In this document: in pieces, positions 19,844 to 29,621 of the stretch | How the letters are laid out: each line of letters begins with the position of its first letter | Position numbering within the stretch: position 1 is the first letter of the stretch | Origin: an uncultured Candidatus Bathyarchaeia archaeon | Lineage (GTDB): Archaea; Thermoproteota; Bathyarchaeia; 40CM-2-53-6; DTGE01 | Direction: 5' to 3' | DNA length: 64,000 bases | NCBI GenBank assembly: GCA_964489085.1 | Contig: CAZAXO010000001.1 | Location: 1,483 to 65,482, forward strand | Made by a program: the position numbers and the translations under genes | Notes under the pieces: generated by a model | Told to the model about the DNA's origin: nothing | The model's input: the letters and a program-made list of their open reading frames with translations, nothing else | Database searches by the model: none

Positions 19844-20168
19844 TTATTTCTATTCCTCCTCAAAATCGTGGCAAACCCTAAATAACCACATATCCATTTT
19901 ACACTCGTCGCAATAACCCATATTATTTGGGTTTAATGGATAATTTGTCCAATGAGCGCATCTTCCACATATCTTCCTTGAGTTAATCATTTTCTTCCCT
20001 CAAATCATTTACCATTTCCTTCAATTCTTTAGGATGAAACTTATAGTAAAAATCAGCCCAGTCTCTCACCATACAAGAAGTATGATCCATCATACAACCA
20101 GAAACCACATTAGTAATAGCTTCTCGTTCTTCTTCGGTAAATTCTTGTTTTGACATCTTTACCTCTTC

Positions 20169-21002
20169 TTATACATTTTCCTTTAATTTATGCTTATGTA
20201 GTCTAACAAATACCCTTATATCTGGATTAACCTTTCTCAAATATACTCTTCTGGCTTTCAATAATTCAAGATTAGATATTAAATTAACCCAAAATCTTTT
20301 AGTAAAAATAATAAATATCTTTCTCCATATCCCCTTATATTGTTTCATCAATTCATAATAATACCAATACGGATTTTTATCCCATTTAGGCTCCCAATAC
20401 CACTTAACCCATAAACCATTGTTTATCTCAGCTACCCACCGCCTTAAACAACTTATACACCATCCACACGATCTATGCTTATTATCGTAGCAAGACACCG
20501 TAAAATTTTCTAAATCCTCTACATCTCCACCTTTCTTAATATACTTTTTCAATAATTTAGTCTTTGTATACCTTCTAACTGGAAATTCAATTTTTACCTT
20601 CCTTTTAGTTTGTAATCCAAGAACATCGTCCCAACAATAAGAAATTATATTCTGAGCCATTTTCCTAAATTTATTAGTCTTATCCTTACTAGTTTCACCC
20701 CTGAGAGCACACAAATAAACTATATCCCCGTAAAAACTAGCTATTTCAATAAAGAATAAATTTCGTAAAGGTATATGAGCATTATCCAACTCAAATCCAA
20801 GTATACTACTTGCATCTACAATGATGAGCCTACCTCCGAATCCCCCAAGTTCATCAAACGCATTAATAATTTTTAACTCTTTTTCTTCGTATCTGGAACC
20901 TGTCTTAATGTATAGTAATATATCTGGTTCAAATAGGAAATTACATATAAAACTATCCATTCCACCTGAATACAGTAAGACGGTCTTTTTCTCACTTGAC
21001 AT
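20169..21002 (-). CDS. queC: 7-cyano-7-deazaguanine synthase QueC
   Basis: PP-loop VLLYSGGMDS, YIKTGSRYEEKE, and a C-terminal CGWCISC zinc site. Confidence 0.7.
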   Translation of the reverse strand: MSSEKKTVLLYSGGMDSFICNFLFEPDILLYIKTGSRYEEKELKIINAFDELGGFGGRLIIVDASSILGFELDNAHIPLRNLFFIEIASFYGDIVYLCALRGETSKDKTNKFRKMAQNIISYCWDDVLGLQTKRKVKIEFPVRRYTKTKLLKKYIKKGGDVEDLENFTVSCYDNKHRSCGWCISCLRRWVAEINNGLWVKWYWEPKWDKNPYWYYYELMKQYKGIWRKIFIIFTKRFWVNLISNLELLKARRVYLRKVNPDIRVFVRLHKHKLKENV

Positions 21003-21312
21003 TAATCATTTCCTCCCTAAAATGTATAATTAATTCACTAATGGCATGTTTATAAATCATACTACAATCCGTCGAAGTTTCTATTACGTATAAGTCATCA
21101 TCTAACCAATACATTTTTTTTATGTTATGAAAAAACTTAGGTTTAGGATATATACAATAATGTAACTCAACAAAATCTATTTTTTCTACATCTTCATCAG
21201 AGGTAAAAACAAAGAAACTAGATATATGATCACTCTCTTCTGCTTTCTTAAATAATCCCATTTTACATATATCCTTCAAAAAATCTATTATATTTTTTAC
21301 TGTGAGTCGCAT
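20992..21312 (-). CDS. hypothetical protein
   Basis: 106-aa ORF between queC and the membrane-protein gene. Confidence 0.3.
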   Translation of the reverse strand: MRLTVKNIIDFLKDICKMGLFKKAEESDHISSFFVFTSDEDVEKIDFVELHYCIYPKPKFFHNIKKMYWLDDDLYVIETSTDCSMIYKHAISELIIHFREEMINVK

Positions 21313-21649
21313 GGTCTAAAAATATATGTACATATATTATAAGTAGTATTCTAAGGATAATATCTACAATAATTAATTCATTTATAAAAACAATTACAAA
21401 TAGTAAAATAATAAAGGTAATAGTTGCTAAGAATCTATAACTATGTAAATATAAATGTAACTTACCTTTAAAGCCTAATAATTTATCTTGCGTATTTTTT
21501 TGCCATAAATCACTAACTATATATATGAGCATAATATCAGGCAAAAATGATATAATAACACCAATAAACCCAAAAATAATAAAAGATATAACTACAGTCA
21601 ATATAGTATTAATTATATCTAGCATTATTTTTATTCTTCTATTATTCAC
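21263..21649 (-). CDS. small polytopic membrane protein
   Basis: 128 aa with 3-4 predicted TM helices. Overlaps the GT gene start by 4 nt. Confidence 0.4.
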   Translation of the reverse strand: MNNRRIKIMLDIINTILTVVISFIIFGFIGVIISFLPDIMLIYIVSDLWQKNTQDKLLGFKGKLHLYLHSYRFLATITFIILLFVIVFINELIIVDIILRILLIIYVHIFLDHATHSKKYNRFFEGYM

Positions 21650-22620
21650 AGGACAACCCTATATTTAGATAATTTTTGAATATATTTAAATTCATTTATA
21701 TCTATTATCTTACCATCAAACAATCCAAACAATTTTATTAATCCTAACTTTATCCCGTACATAAATGCCCGAATCTTTAATTTAAAAGGCTGTCCCTTCA
21801 ACTTTATATTATTTATTATAGATAGTAACATACCAATAGGATCTAATCTTCTAAATAAATATATTATTATCTCATTTCTAAACATTAAATAATGTCTGAA
21901 CTTATCAAATTTAGTAATGAGCAACTCTACATTATGTTCAGCAATAGTACTAGGTTGAAATATACAATAAACATCCTTTCTAAATGCTGTATTACTAATA
22001 TCTTCATGGTAAACAAAAAACTCAGTATCAAACCAAAGTTCCTTCTCCTTAAACATCCAAACATCCAATAATACACAAGTAGTTATCATATGACCAATAC
22101 TTATTGATTCTGAAGGTATATCATCAATTTCACCTTTACGTATCGTATTATTAAAATGTTTATTATATTTACCGTAAAACCAAATTCTATTAGTACCACC
22201 GTACAACATTTTTGGACATACAGCATATGTTCTATATTTCTTAATAATATTAAGTAACATTGATATAGTATCTTTCCTAATATAGGAATCAGAATCACAT
22301 ATTAGCAAATACCTAGACACACATTCCCTTATTATTCTATTCTTACCGTAGGAAGCACCAAGATTGGAACCCGAATAAATAATATGAAAGTTTAGTTTTA
22401 TGTATTCAAATAATAGATTATATAACCTATTAATATCAATAGAACTATAACTATCATTAACTAACAGAATTACCTCCCCTATATAATTCCTTTCATATCT
22501 TAACGAATTAAGTAATAAACGTAAACCATTAAATTCATTATTAAACACAATACCTACAGTTATCCTATTCTCATTATACCAATATAAATCGAGGCCGGAT
22601 TTAGTAATGTTTATTTTCAT
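21646..22620 (-). CDS. family-2-like (GT-A fold) glycosyltransferase
   Basis: N-terminal VGIVFNNEF...LLLNSL, LLVNDSYSS, and a DxD-like CDSDS. Length 324 aa. Confidence 0.5.
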   Translation of the reverse strand: MKINITKSGLDLYWYNENRITVGIVFNNEFNGLRLLLNSLRYERNYIGEVILLVNDSYSSIDINRLYNLLFEYIKLNFHIIYSGSNLGASYGKNRIIRECVSRYLLICDSDSYIRKDTISMLLNIIKKYRTYAVCPKMLYGGTNRIWFYGKYNKHFNNTIRKGEIDDIPSESISIGHMITTCVLLDVWMFKEKELWFDTEFFVYHEDISNTAFRKDVYCIFQPSTIAEHNVELLITKFDKFRHYLMFRNEIIIYLFRRLDPIGMLLSIINNIKLKGQPFKLKIRAFMYGIKLGLIKLFGLFDGKIIDINEFKYIQKLSKYRVVL

Positions 22621-22635
22621 TTTAATCCCCTTTTT

Positions 22636-23952
22636 CTAAATGATATTTCTAAAATAGTCGGAACATCTCTGTATACAACGTATAGCATTTCTAATTATGA
22701 CTCCATTAACATTAAATTCACGAGATGAGAGTTCAAACTCAATTTTATTAAAATTCTTCAACTTTTCTTCATTACAACAATATTTCTCATTAATCCATAA
22801 TAAGTATTTTTTTTCATTTTCAGTGGCATCACAAAAACACAATCCACAGGTAGTACATTTCATAAGACCACATTTTTTACAGAAAGTTTTAATAGAAGAT
22901 GCTATAGTTATTGGGCTTCCACAGAACCAACAAATATGATCTTCAGATTCTTTTATTTCTCTGTTTCTTGCCCTAACACACTGTTTTAATCCAGTATCAT
23001 AAAAATTGACGTTTTTACCTCCCTTATGCATAACTTCTAACCTCGTTAATTTTTCTAAATCGTAATAGCAAGAAAGGTAACATCCATTACATTCCTCAAT
23101 TCTTTCTTTAAAAATCTTAACGTACCATTCAAATCCATACTTCTCTATACTACGGTTTAAATCGAATATATTAAAATCAAATGGCACCATATCCTCACAG
23201 GGCATAATCATGAGGTCGTTATTTACTACTAATCTATAAGGATAACTACAATGCCAACTCATATCCATAAATTTTGGTATATTTCTAATATATTCTTTTG
23301 TATTATGAATCAGAAGTTTATCATAATTATATAAAACATTCTTAACATCATCTATTATTCTATATTTCAGACGCGAATCGTTAATAGAAATAGTAGAATC
23401 GTAGTTTCCCATCAGACAATGTTTTCTATCGTCTGTACTATAATTATATACAGCAACTATAGTCCACACTTTTAGGCTGGTAAAATATCTGATAGTATCA
23501 AATAATTTTCCAATAGTCTTTTCTTCGTATAATAGATTTATGGAAACATCATCAAAATATTTTCTATATATATCAAACTTATCCTTAAAACCTTTGTAGG
23601 AATCTACACTTATAGTTATATTCTTAAGACCAGATTCACTCAACCTCATAGCAATAGATTCACTTAACTTACTACCATTAGTAACTATAGTGAAATCCAT
23701 TCCCAATGTATCACTGAGATATCCTATGACATCGTATATATGTTCATATTCCAATGGTTCACCCCCCATGATAACAATAAATTCAGACAAATTACTCATT
23801 ATTTCCAACGCATTTATAATATCTATAAAATTAGCATCCTTAGTCTTAAGAGATTTGGAAGAACAAAAAGGACAGTCATAACTACAATTTCTATTTGATA
23901 TAAACAAACAAGATTTAAACATCTTCTCTTTCATTCTAATTTTTTCTACCAT
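22636..23952 (-). CDS. radical SAM enzyme with C-terminal Cys-rich SPASM/twitch-like domain
   Basis: CSYDCPFC (Cx3Cx2C) at residues 23-30, a VIMGGEPLEY glycine-rich motif, and C-terminal CNGCYLSC...CWFCGSP...CKKCGLMKCTTCGLCFC. Confidence 0.6.
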   Translation of the reverse strand: MVEKIRMKEKMFKSCLFISNRNCSYDCPFCSSKSLKTKDANFIDIINALEIMSNLSEFIVIMGGEPLEYEHIYDVIGYLSDTLGMDFTIVTNGSKLSESIAMRLSESGLKNITISVDSYKGFKDKFDIYRKYFDDVSINLLYEEKTIGKLFDTIRYFTSLKVWTIVAVYNYSTDDRKHCLMGNYDSTISINDSRLKYRIIDDVKNVLYNYDKLLIHNTKEYIRNIPKFMDMSWHCSYPYRLVVNNDLMIMPCEDMVPFDFNIFDLNRSIEKYGFEWYVKIFKERIEECNGCYLSCYYDLEKLTRLEVMHKGGKNVNFYDTGLKQCVRARNREIKESEDHICWFCGSPITIASSIKTFCKKCGLMKCTTCGLCFCDATENEKKYLLWINEKYCCNEEKLKNFNKIEFELSSREFNVNGVIIRNAIRCIQRCSDYFRNII

Positions 23953-24066
23953 TTAAATCAACTCTGGTCCTTCGATATATGTTTTCATTTTACCATTAGG
24001 TACAAAAATACGACACGAATCACCGTGACTGTGAAATTCAATAGTATCCCATTCAATCTCATCCAT
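23953..24066 (-). CDS. 37-aa ORF translationally coupled to the radical SAM gene (candidate precursor peptide or small protein)
   Basis: MDEIEWDTIEFHSHGDSCRIFVPNGKMKTYIEGPELI. Its TAA stop directly abuts the ATG of the radical SAM gene. It is below the ORF-track size cutoff. Confidence 0.2.
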   Translation of the reverse strand: MDEIEWDTIEFHSHGDSCRIFVPNGKMKTYIEGPELI

Positions 24067-24226
24067 TTTTTAACGATCTACCAACTTAGGTTTCTTAATT
24101 TTATCCATTAGTTCATCGACTTCATCTGGAGATAATATAACCTGACTACCTTCTATTATTATCCTATAAAAATCTTTAAACGAACCACTCGTTAGCTTCT
24201 CAACATCAATCGGTATTTTTACCATA

Positions 24227-24535
24227 TTATCTCCTCGTTAATTCTTTATATTTCTCCATTGCTGTGTTAAAATCCAATCGATATAAGATTTTAAGCGTTC
24301 TAAGAAAGAAATAATTCAAACGACTGCTAGCTAATTCAAAATTCGTCTTTTCGGTAAACGACATTTTCAGTTCCAAAAACATTCTAGTCATTTCATCGAA
24401 AAATTGTTCGATTACGGCATCTCGTTCCTTTGGTGTTCTTTCGTTAAAATCCTCCATTAATTTTGAATCGTTAATGTAAATCGTTTTAACAGGAGTTTGA
24501 AACTTTTCAAACATTTTATCTAATTCTTCACCCAC
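24227..24535 (-). CDS. hypothetical protein
   Basis: 102-aa ORF. Confidence 0.3.
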   Translation of the reverse strand: MGEELDKMFEKFQTPVKTIYINDSKLMEDFNERTPKERDAVIEQFFDEMTRMFLELKMSFTEKTNFELASSRLNYFFLRTLKILYRLDFNTAMEKYKELTRR

Positions 24536-24660
24536 GATTTTTTATCCCTCTGACTTCTCAATAAATATTAACCAACGTGAATTTTTCCAATTCTTCATTT
24601 ATTCGCATTTTCTTTTTTACAATATAATAATACTCTAAAGAAATTTATATAATCAGACAA

Positions 24661-25230
24661 TCACCTATCGATTAAACTCAATATTTCACTCCTTAATTTG
24701 AGGTTATTAAGAGCATCTCCTTTAACGGAGGATGTAACCATTTTAACGTTTTCCTTCTTAACACCACGCATAACTTCACACAAATGAAGTGCTTCAATTA
24801 CAACCATAACCGACGCCGGTTTCAAATCTGACTCATAAATAAATTTACATATATCATTGGTCATTTTTTCTTGTATATTTAATCTATGAGCAAATTTGTC
24901 TACGATTCTAGATAGTTTCGATATACCAATTATATTACCTTCATTTGACAAATATGCTACATCGACCCTACCATAAAAAGGTAACATATGGTGTTCACAT
25001 ATGGAATAAAATTTTATATTTTTTGATATTACTAACTCAGAAGCTATATCTTCGTGTTTAAATACTTTTATTAGAGAATTATCGTCGTTATTATTATATC
25101 CATTGAAAATCTCTTCATACATTCTTGCTACTCTATTTGGAGTTTCCTTTATTCCCTCTCGTAACTCATCTGTACCTTCTATCTCTAAAAGTAAAGTTTT
25201 AATACATCTTCTAATTTTATCCAGATTCAT
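24661..25230 (-). CDS. folE: GTP cyclohydrolase I
   Basis: SICEHHMLPF, GISKLSRIVD, QEKMT and ALHLCEVMRGV motifs. Confidence 0.85.
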   Translation of the reverse strand: MNLDKIRRCIKTLLLEIEGTDELREGIKETPNRVARMYEEIFNGYNNNDDNSLIKVFKHEDIASELVISKNIKFYSICEHHMLPFYGRVDVAYLSNEGNIIGISKLSRIVDKFAHRLNIQEKMTNDICKFIYESDLKPASVMVVIEALHLCEVMRGVKKENVKMVTSSVKGDALNNLKLRSEILSLIDR

Positions 25231-26054
25231 TCCATACCAATAAATTTGTGTAGTTGAGGTGTAATACCCATAAAATTAAACTCTTTACTATATAAATCCT
25301 TATTTACGTCACTTGCGATTTTTGCTATAGTTTTTAAATACGTTCTCATATACCGTTTAGATTTTCCATCATACATCTTTACATACTTATCATTCGTTTT
25401 TTCGGTATTAATAGGTGATAAATAAAATGGAAATTCATATAAATAATTTTTTCTGATAAAGCTAAGTATTAGTTCAATATCTCTACTTACATGTTCGGGA
25501 TCAATCATGTATTTAAAGTTGACTTCTATATTTTCGTAACCATGGTGTAATAGTTCTTCCAATAAATGTATTGGTATCCTATAATTTGATTTCTGAGTTA
25601 TTGTATATATTAAATATCTACCGGATATAGTTTGTTTATACGGACTACCAATTTCGGTAAGTAAGGATAACGTACCGTTGGTTTCTATCTTGATATTAAA
25701 ATGCTTATTATTTTTTACGTGAGTATATACATATTGAGTTAATCTGACTATTTCATCCTTAAATAAAAGTGGTTCACCACCAGTAAATACTAAATGTCTA
25801 AAATGATACTTATTACACATATCATATAAATATTTTTGAAACGTTATACCTATTTTATCTAGTAAAAGACTATCTCTAGTAAAATCGGTGTCACAGTACG
25901 AACATTTCAAATTACATTTATTAAACCTTATAAATAAGCTTGGCATCCCAATATATTTCCCCTCTCCCTGTATGGAGAAGAATATGTCACTTACCTTATC
26001 TCTAATATCCTCTACATTAATCCAAGACATGTAATCACCCAAACACATTCCCAA
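25227..26054 (-). CDS. queE: 7-carboxy-7-deazaguanine synthase QueE (radical SAM)
   Basis: FSIQGEGKYIGMPSLFIRFNKCNLKCSYCDT and FTGGEPLL. 4-nt overlap with folE. Confidence 0.8.
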   Translation of the reverse strand: MGMCLGDYMSWINVEDIRDKVSDIFFSIQGEGKYIGMPSLFIRFNKCNLKCSYCDTDFTRDSLLLDKIGITFQKYLYDMCNKYHFRHLVFTGGEPLLFKDEIVRLTQYVYTHVKNNKHFNIKIETNGTLSLLTEIGSPYKQTISGRYLIYTITQKSNYRIPIHLLEELLHHGYENIEVNFKYMIDPEHVSRDIELILSFIRKNYLYEFPFYLSPINTEKTNDKYVKMYDGKSKRYMRTYLKTIAKIASDVNKDLYSKEFNFMGITPQLHKFIGME

Positions 26055-26493
26055 ATATTTTTTCTAATATACCATCCCTACGTAATTCAAAATTGAACCA
26101 ATCATAAGCCTCCTTTATTTCAACCTCCACACTAGACGTATCAGATTCGTATAATTTAACTGAAGTAAAAACCTGTAGATCTACAGGTCCGTTATATATC
26201 AAATCAAACATCATTTTATCAACAAGGATACATATAGCTGATGCGATATTTTCAGCAGTCGGATTAAACTTTATTACATTATTAAGGAATTTGTGATCAA
26301 ATCGATTTTCTATTTCTTTCTTAATTAAATTAAAATCTATAGCCATACCATTTTGCCAATAACAATTAATACCACCCTTAAGTTCAATAGTCACATGTCC
26401 ATACCAGGTGTGACCATGTAAATTTTTACATTTGCCTTTGTAATCTACTAATTTGTGCGCCGCACTAAATTTAAAATGTTTACATATTATCAT
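26035..26493 (-). CDS. queD: 6-carboxy-5,6,7,8-tetrahydropterin synthase QueD
   Basis: FKFSAAHKL...CKNLHGHTWYGHV (Cx5HGH) signature. Confidence 0.8.
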   Translation of the reverse strand: MIICKHFKFSAAHKLVDYKGKCKNLHGHTWYGHVTIELKGGINCYWQNGMAIDFNLIKKEIENRFDHKFLNNVIKFNPTAENIASAICILVDKMMFDLIYNGPVDLQVFTSVKLYESDTSSVEVEIKEAYDWFNFELRRDGILEKIFGNVFG

Positions 26494-26592
26494 GTTATAT
26501 CGAATTTTGGATATTTTAATAAATTTATAAAATTTTTTATAAATTTAAATATTTTTAAAATACAGGTCGAAACACATAAAAAAGAAAAAATT

Positions 26593-26799
26593 TTATAGTT
26601 TAACTATCTTTATTTTAGATATTTTAGTATCAGAAGATGGACTACCATATCCCCTGTCGACTGAACTTATAGCCATAGTATACCTTAACTCTCGTCTTAT
26701 ATTTTCTTTAGTCAAACTTGTATCGTCTGTTATATATGTACCTTCTATCTCAAAAGAAACTTTATATTTTCGTTTTGATACTTCTATATAACCACCCAT
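26593..26799 (-). CDS. hypothetical small protein
   Basis: 68-aa ORF. Confidence 0.25.
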   Translation of the reverse strand: MGGYIEVSKRKYKVSFEIEGTYITDDTSLTKENIRRELRYTMAISSVDRGYGSPSSDTKISKIKIVKL

Positions 26800-26856
26800 C
26801 CTACCATAACCACCCTACATTTTTATAGTTTTAAAATATAAAAAGAAAAAAAAAAT

Positions 26857-27225
26857 TTATGAATAAGATTCAGCAAACGCTTTAAATTTCTTGGTATCAG
26901 TATTTACCCTTTTAACCCCATATTTATGTTTATACGCAGCAATTATGGACTCCATACTAGTACTTTTACTTCGTCTATAAGGTGCATGTCCTTTTTGGAA
27001 GCCACGAGGTTTCTTAATCGATTCGTGGTATTCTTTCCAGTATTTCCAATATTCGAAGGTTCCGGTAATTTCTCCACGCCATACTGCCTTTTGTCCGGTT
27101 TCTTTCTCCATTCGTTTCATTTCTTCGGTTAAGGGTTTATCCCATTTCATACCCTTCCAGTATGCGACTTCTTGGGTCTTACCTTTCCAAGTGTGTTTCC
27201 TAGTTTCTCTTTTCTTTCTTGGCAT
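26857..27225 (-). CDS. basic protein of the WRGxxTGTF paralog family
   Basis: Contains VWRGEITGTFEYWKYW. Paralogous to 27425..27910 and 50371..50859. Confidence 0.4.
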   Translation of the reverse strand: MPRKKRETRKHTWKGKTQEVAYWKGMKWDKPLTEEMKRMEKETGQKAVWRGEITGTFEYWKYWKEYHESIKKPRGFQKGHAPYRRSKSTSMESIIAAYKHKYGVKRVNTDTKKFKAFAESYS

Positions 27226-27424
27226 AATTTATTTTTTCAACTCATTAATATTAAATCTCTATAATATAAAAAATAAGTATTATTTAAATAATTAATTAAA
27301 ATCGCGATTAATTAGAAATATATTTATTTATAAAACTCATATTATATGTATCATAACCATTTATATGTTACATAGTCAAACTTAATCAATAAAATAATAA
27401 AAAAAAAGATAAACAAAAAAAAAA

Positions 27425-27910
27425 TTATTTCGCTTCCTTAGAAGCTTTTTCCTTCTCCATTTGATACAGGATAAAAGTTCCGGTAATCACTCCACGCCAA
27501 ACCGGAAACTTTCCGGGTTTAGCTTCCATAAATTCGTTGAATTCAGCTAACAGAGCTTTGGTGATTTTGTGTTCCTTACCATTTTTATCCATAACCTTGC
27601 TCCCCAATGCAGGAAGCTTTTTTGGATCAGTTTTTAATTTGGGAGCACCTCGTTTCTTAGGTGCCTTTTTGGTTGTTGCCTTTTTCTTTTTAGAGGTTTT
27701 AGGAGTAGGTTCTTCCTCATCTTCGTCCTCTTCCTCATCTTCGTCCTCAAATTCTTCTTCCATTTCGGCTGCTTCCTCTAATGCTTCTTCTAATTCGTCC
27801 TCTTCGTCCTCATCAAGTTCAATATCTTCAAGATCGTCAACAACCTCAATTTCCTCTTCTACTTCTTGTTTCTTTTTTTGGGTCTTTTTTGGCATATTCA
27901 TTACTTCCAT
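27425..27910 (-). CDS. acidic/basic chromatin-like protein of the WRGxxTGTF paralog family
   Basis: Long poly-Glu/Asp tract followed by a Lys-rich tract (KKKKATTKKAPKKRGAPK) and C-terminal PVWRGVITGTF. Confidence 0.4.
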   Translation of the reverse strand: MEVMNMPKKTQKKKQEVEEEIEVVDDLEDIELDEDEEDELEEALEEAAEMEEEFEDEDEEEDEDEEEPTPKTSKKKKATTKKAPKKRGAPKLKTDPKKLPALGSKVMDKNGKEHKITKALLAEFNEFMEAKPGKFPVWRGVITGTFILYQMEKEKASKEAK

Positions 27911-28072
27911 ATAACATTTTTTTTGATATATAAATAATAATTTTTTTATTTATAAATCTATGTTTTTGGATATGTTACATAGTGTATTTAAGTTTCAATA
28001 TTAAAATCATACAAAATAAACATAAAAAATAAATAAAAATTATCTTAGATATGTTTAAATAGTAGAAGTGGT

Positions 28073-29131
28073 TCAATCAAAAATAGGATGCCACCTTCCA
28101 CATTTTTCTGGACACAAATTGAAGTCTCTTAATTGGTAGCAACTATACATTTTATATTTCAAATTTGAATATGCTTTTTTCACTGGTCTTAATCCTTCTC
28201 CTTCGTGGTGATTAGATAACCTCAAATTAGTAGAAGTATGTAACCACATATCATTACTCAATATAATTTTTAAAATGGATACTATTACCTTAAATGGTAT
28301 TGGAACTTTAGTTACAGTTTGATCTCTCAAATATATAACTAAACAAAATCTCCCTTTATATCCAAGTTCAGGATTATTTAACCAAGATTTCACACATGGT
28401 GGAAACTTATCAAACGGAATATTTAACTTATCCAGCTCATCCTTAGTATAGAGATCCCCGTTCATAGGTGTAGACAATTTACTATCTATAGAATACATAA
28501 AATCCTCTACATCAAATTTAGATAAGTTAAGGAGTTTCTCACCGTAAAAATATCGCTTTGGTTTTCTGATTGGATATTTACTGGCAATTTCGTATATCTC
28601 CTTCTCAGTTTTATTAAATAGTAAATCTTTATCTAAATATATTGAATACCTACCACGTTTGAAGTTAAATGTTTCCGGGATTCTAAACGTCTGAGATAAA
28701 TCACCCTTTACCTGAGGATCCATCCTTATTTTTATCTTATTTTCCAAATAGGATTGAAAGTTATGTATACACGATCTCTTATTTTTTATGGTCTCTTTAC
28801 AATAAATAAAGTCGTGAGAACCACCACCAGACATTATAAATGTGCTTAGTAAGTTATAATTATAACACCACTTAAATAACTTTCTGGTAGGTTCAAGCCA
28901 ATCAGGAGGGTCTATATCGAAGAATATTTTATCTATAATTGCCGATTCATAATCTACCTTCCCCTGATCAATAGTAGAATACGGATAAACCGATATATGT
29001 ATACCGTGGGAACTACCATACTTTTTTATATATGAATTTATTTCATCTAAGTTCCACACAATGCCTTCTTTAAAAGGTCTACCTATTTCTCTGGGAAACC
29101 TCTCAAGAAGAGATACAACAGATATTGACAT
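28073..29131 (-). CDS. archaeo-eukaryotic primase (PriS-like) catalytic subunit
   Basis: AEP motif I IFFDIDPPD, motif II SGGGSHDF and motif III-like D..QTFRIPETFNFKRG, plus a C-terminal Cys/His cluster. Confidence 0.5.
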   Translation of the reverse strand: MSISVVSLLERFPREIGRPFKEGIVWNLDEINSYIKKYGSSHGIHISVYPYSTIDQGKVDYESAIIDKIFFDIDPPDWLEPTRKLFKWCYNYNLLSTFIMSGGGSHDFIYCKETIKNKRSCIHNFQSYLENKIKIRMDPQVKGDLSQTFRIPETFNFKRGRYSIYLDKDLLFNKTEKEIYEIASKYPIRKPKRYFYGEKLLNLSKFDVEDFMYSIDSKLSTPMNGDLYTKDELDKLNIPFDKFPPCVKSWLNNPELGYKGRFCLVIYLRDQTVTKVPIPFKVIVSILKIILSNDMWLHTSTNLRLSNHHEGEGLRPVKKAYSNLKYKMYSCYQLRDFNLCPEKCGRWHPIFD

Positions 29132-29168
29132 TCACCATAAATTTTAACATATAAACATAATAATATCA

Positions 29169-29621
29169 CTAAACTTCATAGTTCTCATAAAACATTATAC
29201 TATCATCCATATCCTCGTTTATATACTCACAATGGATAATACTCTCAGAAATTTTAAGTAAAACCATACTAATAAATGAATTTATTTCATTATCATAATT
29301 TTTTATTTCAGATATAAATTTCCAATGATTACCTTTCACTCCAACCCAATCCCACACCGGTAATAGCTCGCTCTCATTCTCAAACAATCCAATCTTATAT
29401 GAATGTATTTTTCCTACAAACCATTTTTTTATAAATTCGAGATCGTATTTTTCTGCTAACGTTCTCCACGGATTATATTTCTCATATAGAAATCGCACAC
29501 CACAGGCACCCTTCGGTCTAGCTTCGTAATTTTCTTCTATAATTTCACAAAAATTTTCCATTATCTTCACATATTTATCCTTTAAAATACAGTGAACCTT
29601 CAAGCAACTATAAAAACCCAT
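29169..29621 (-). CDS. hypothetical protein
   Basis: 150-aa ORF. Confidence 0.3.
   Translation of the reverse strand: MGFYSCLKVHCILKDKYVKIMENFCEIIEENYEARPKGACGVRFLYEKYNPWRTLAEKYDLEFIKKWFVGKIHSYKIGLFENESELLPVWDWVGVKGNHWKFISEIKNYDNEINSFISMVLLKISESIIHCEYINEDMDDSIMFYENYEV

Noticed and set aside
22101-22298. 65-aa minus-strand ORF in another frame within the GT2 gene
   Set aside because: It lies inside the longer glycosyltransferase ORF on the same strand, so it is an alternative-frame artefact.
27537-27914. Plus-strand Ser-rich ORF
   Set aside because: It is antisense to the poly-Glu/Asp tract of 27425..27910, where GAA/GAG repeats read as TTC/CTC. It is not a gene.
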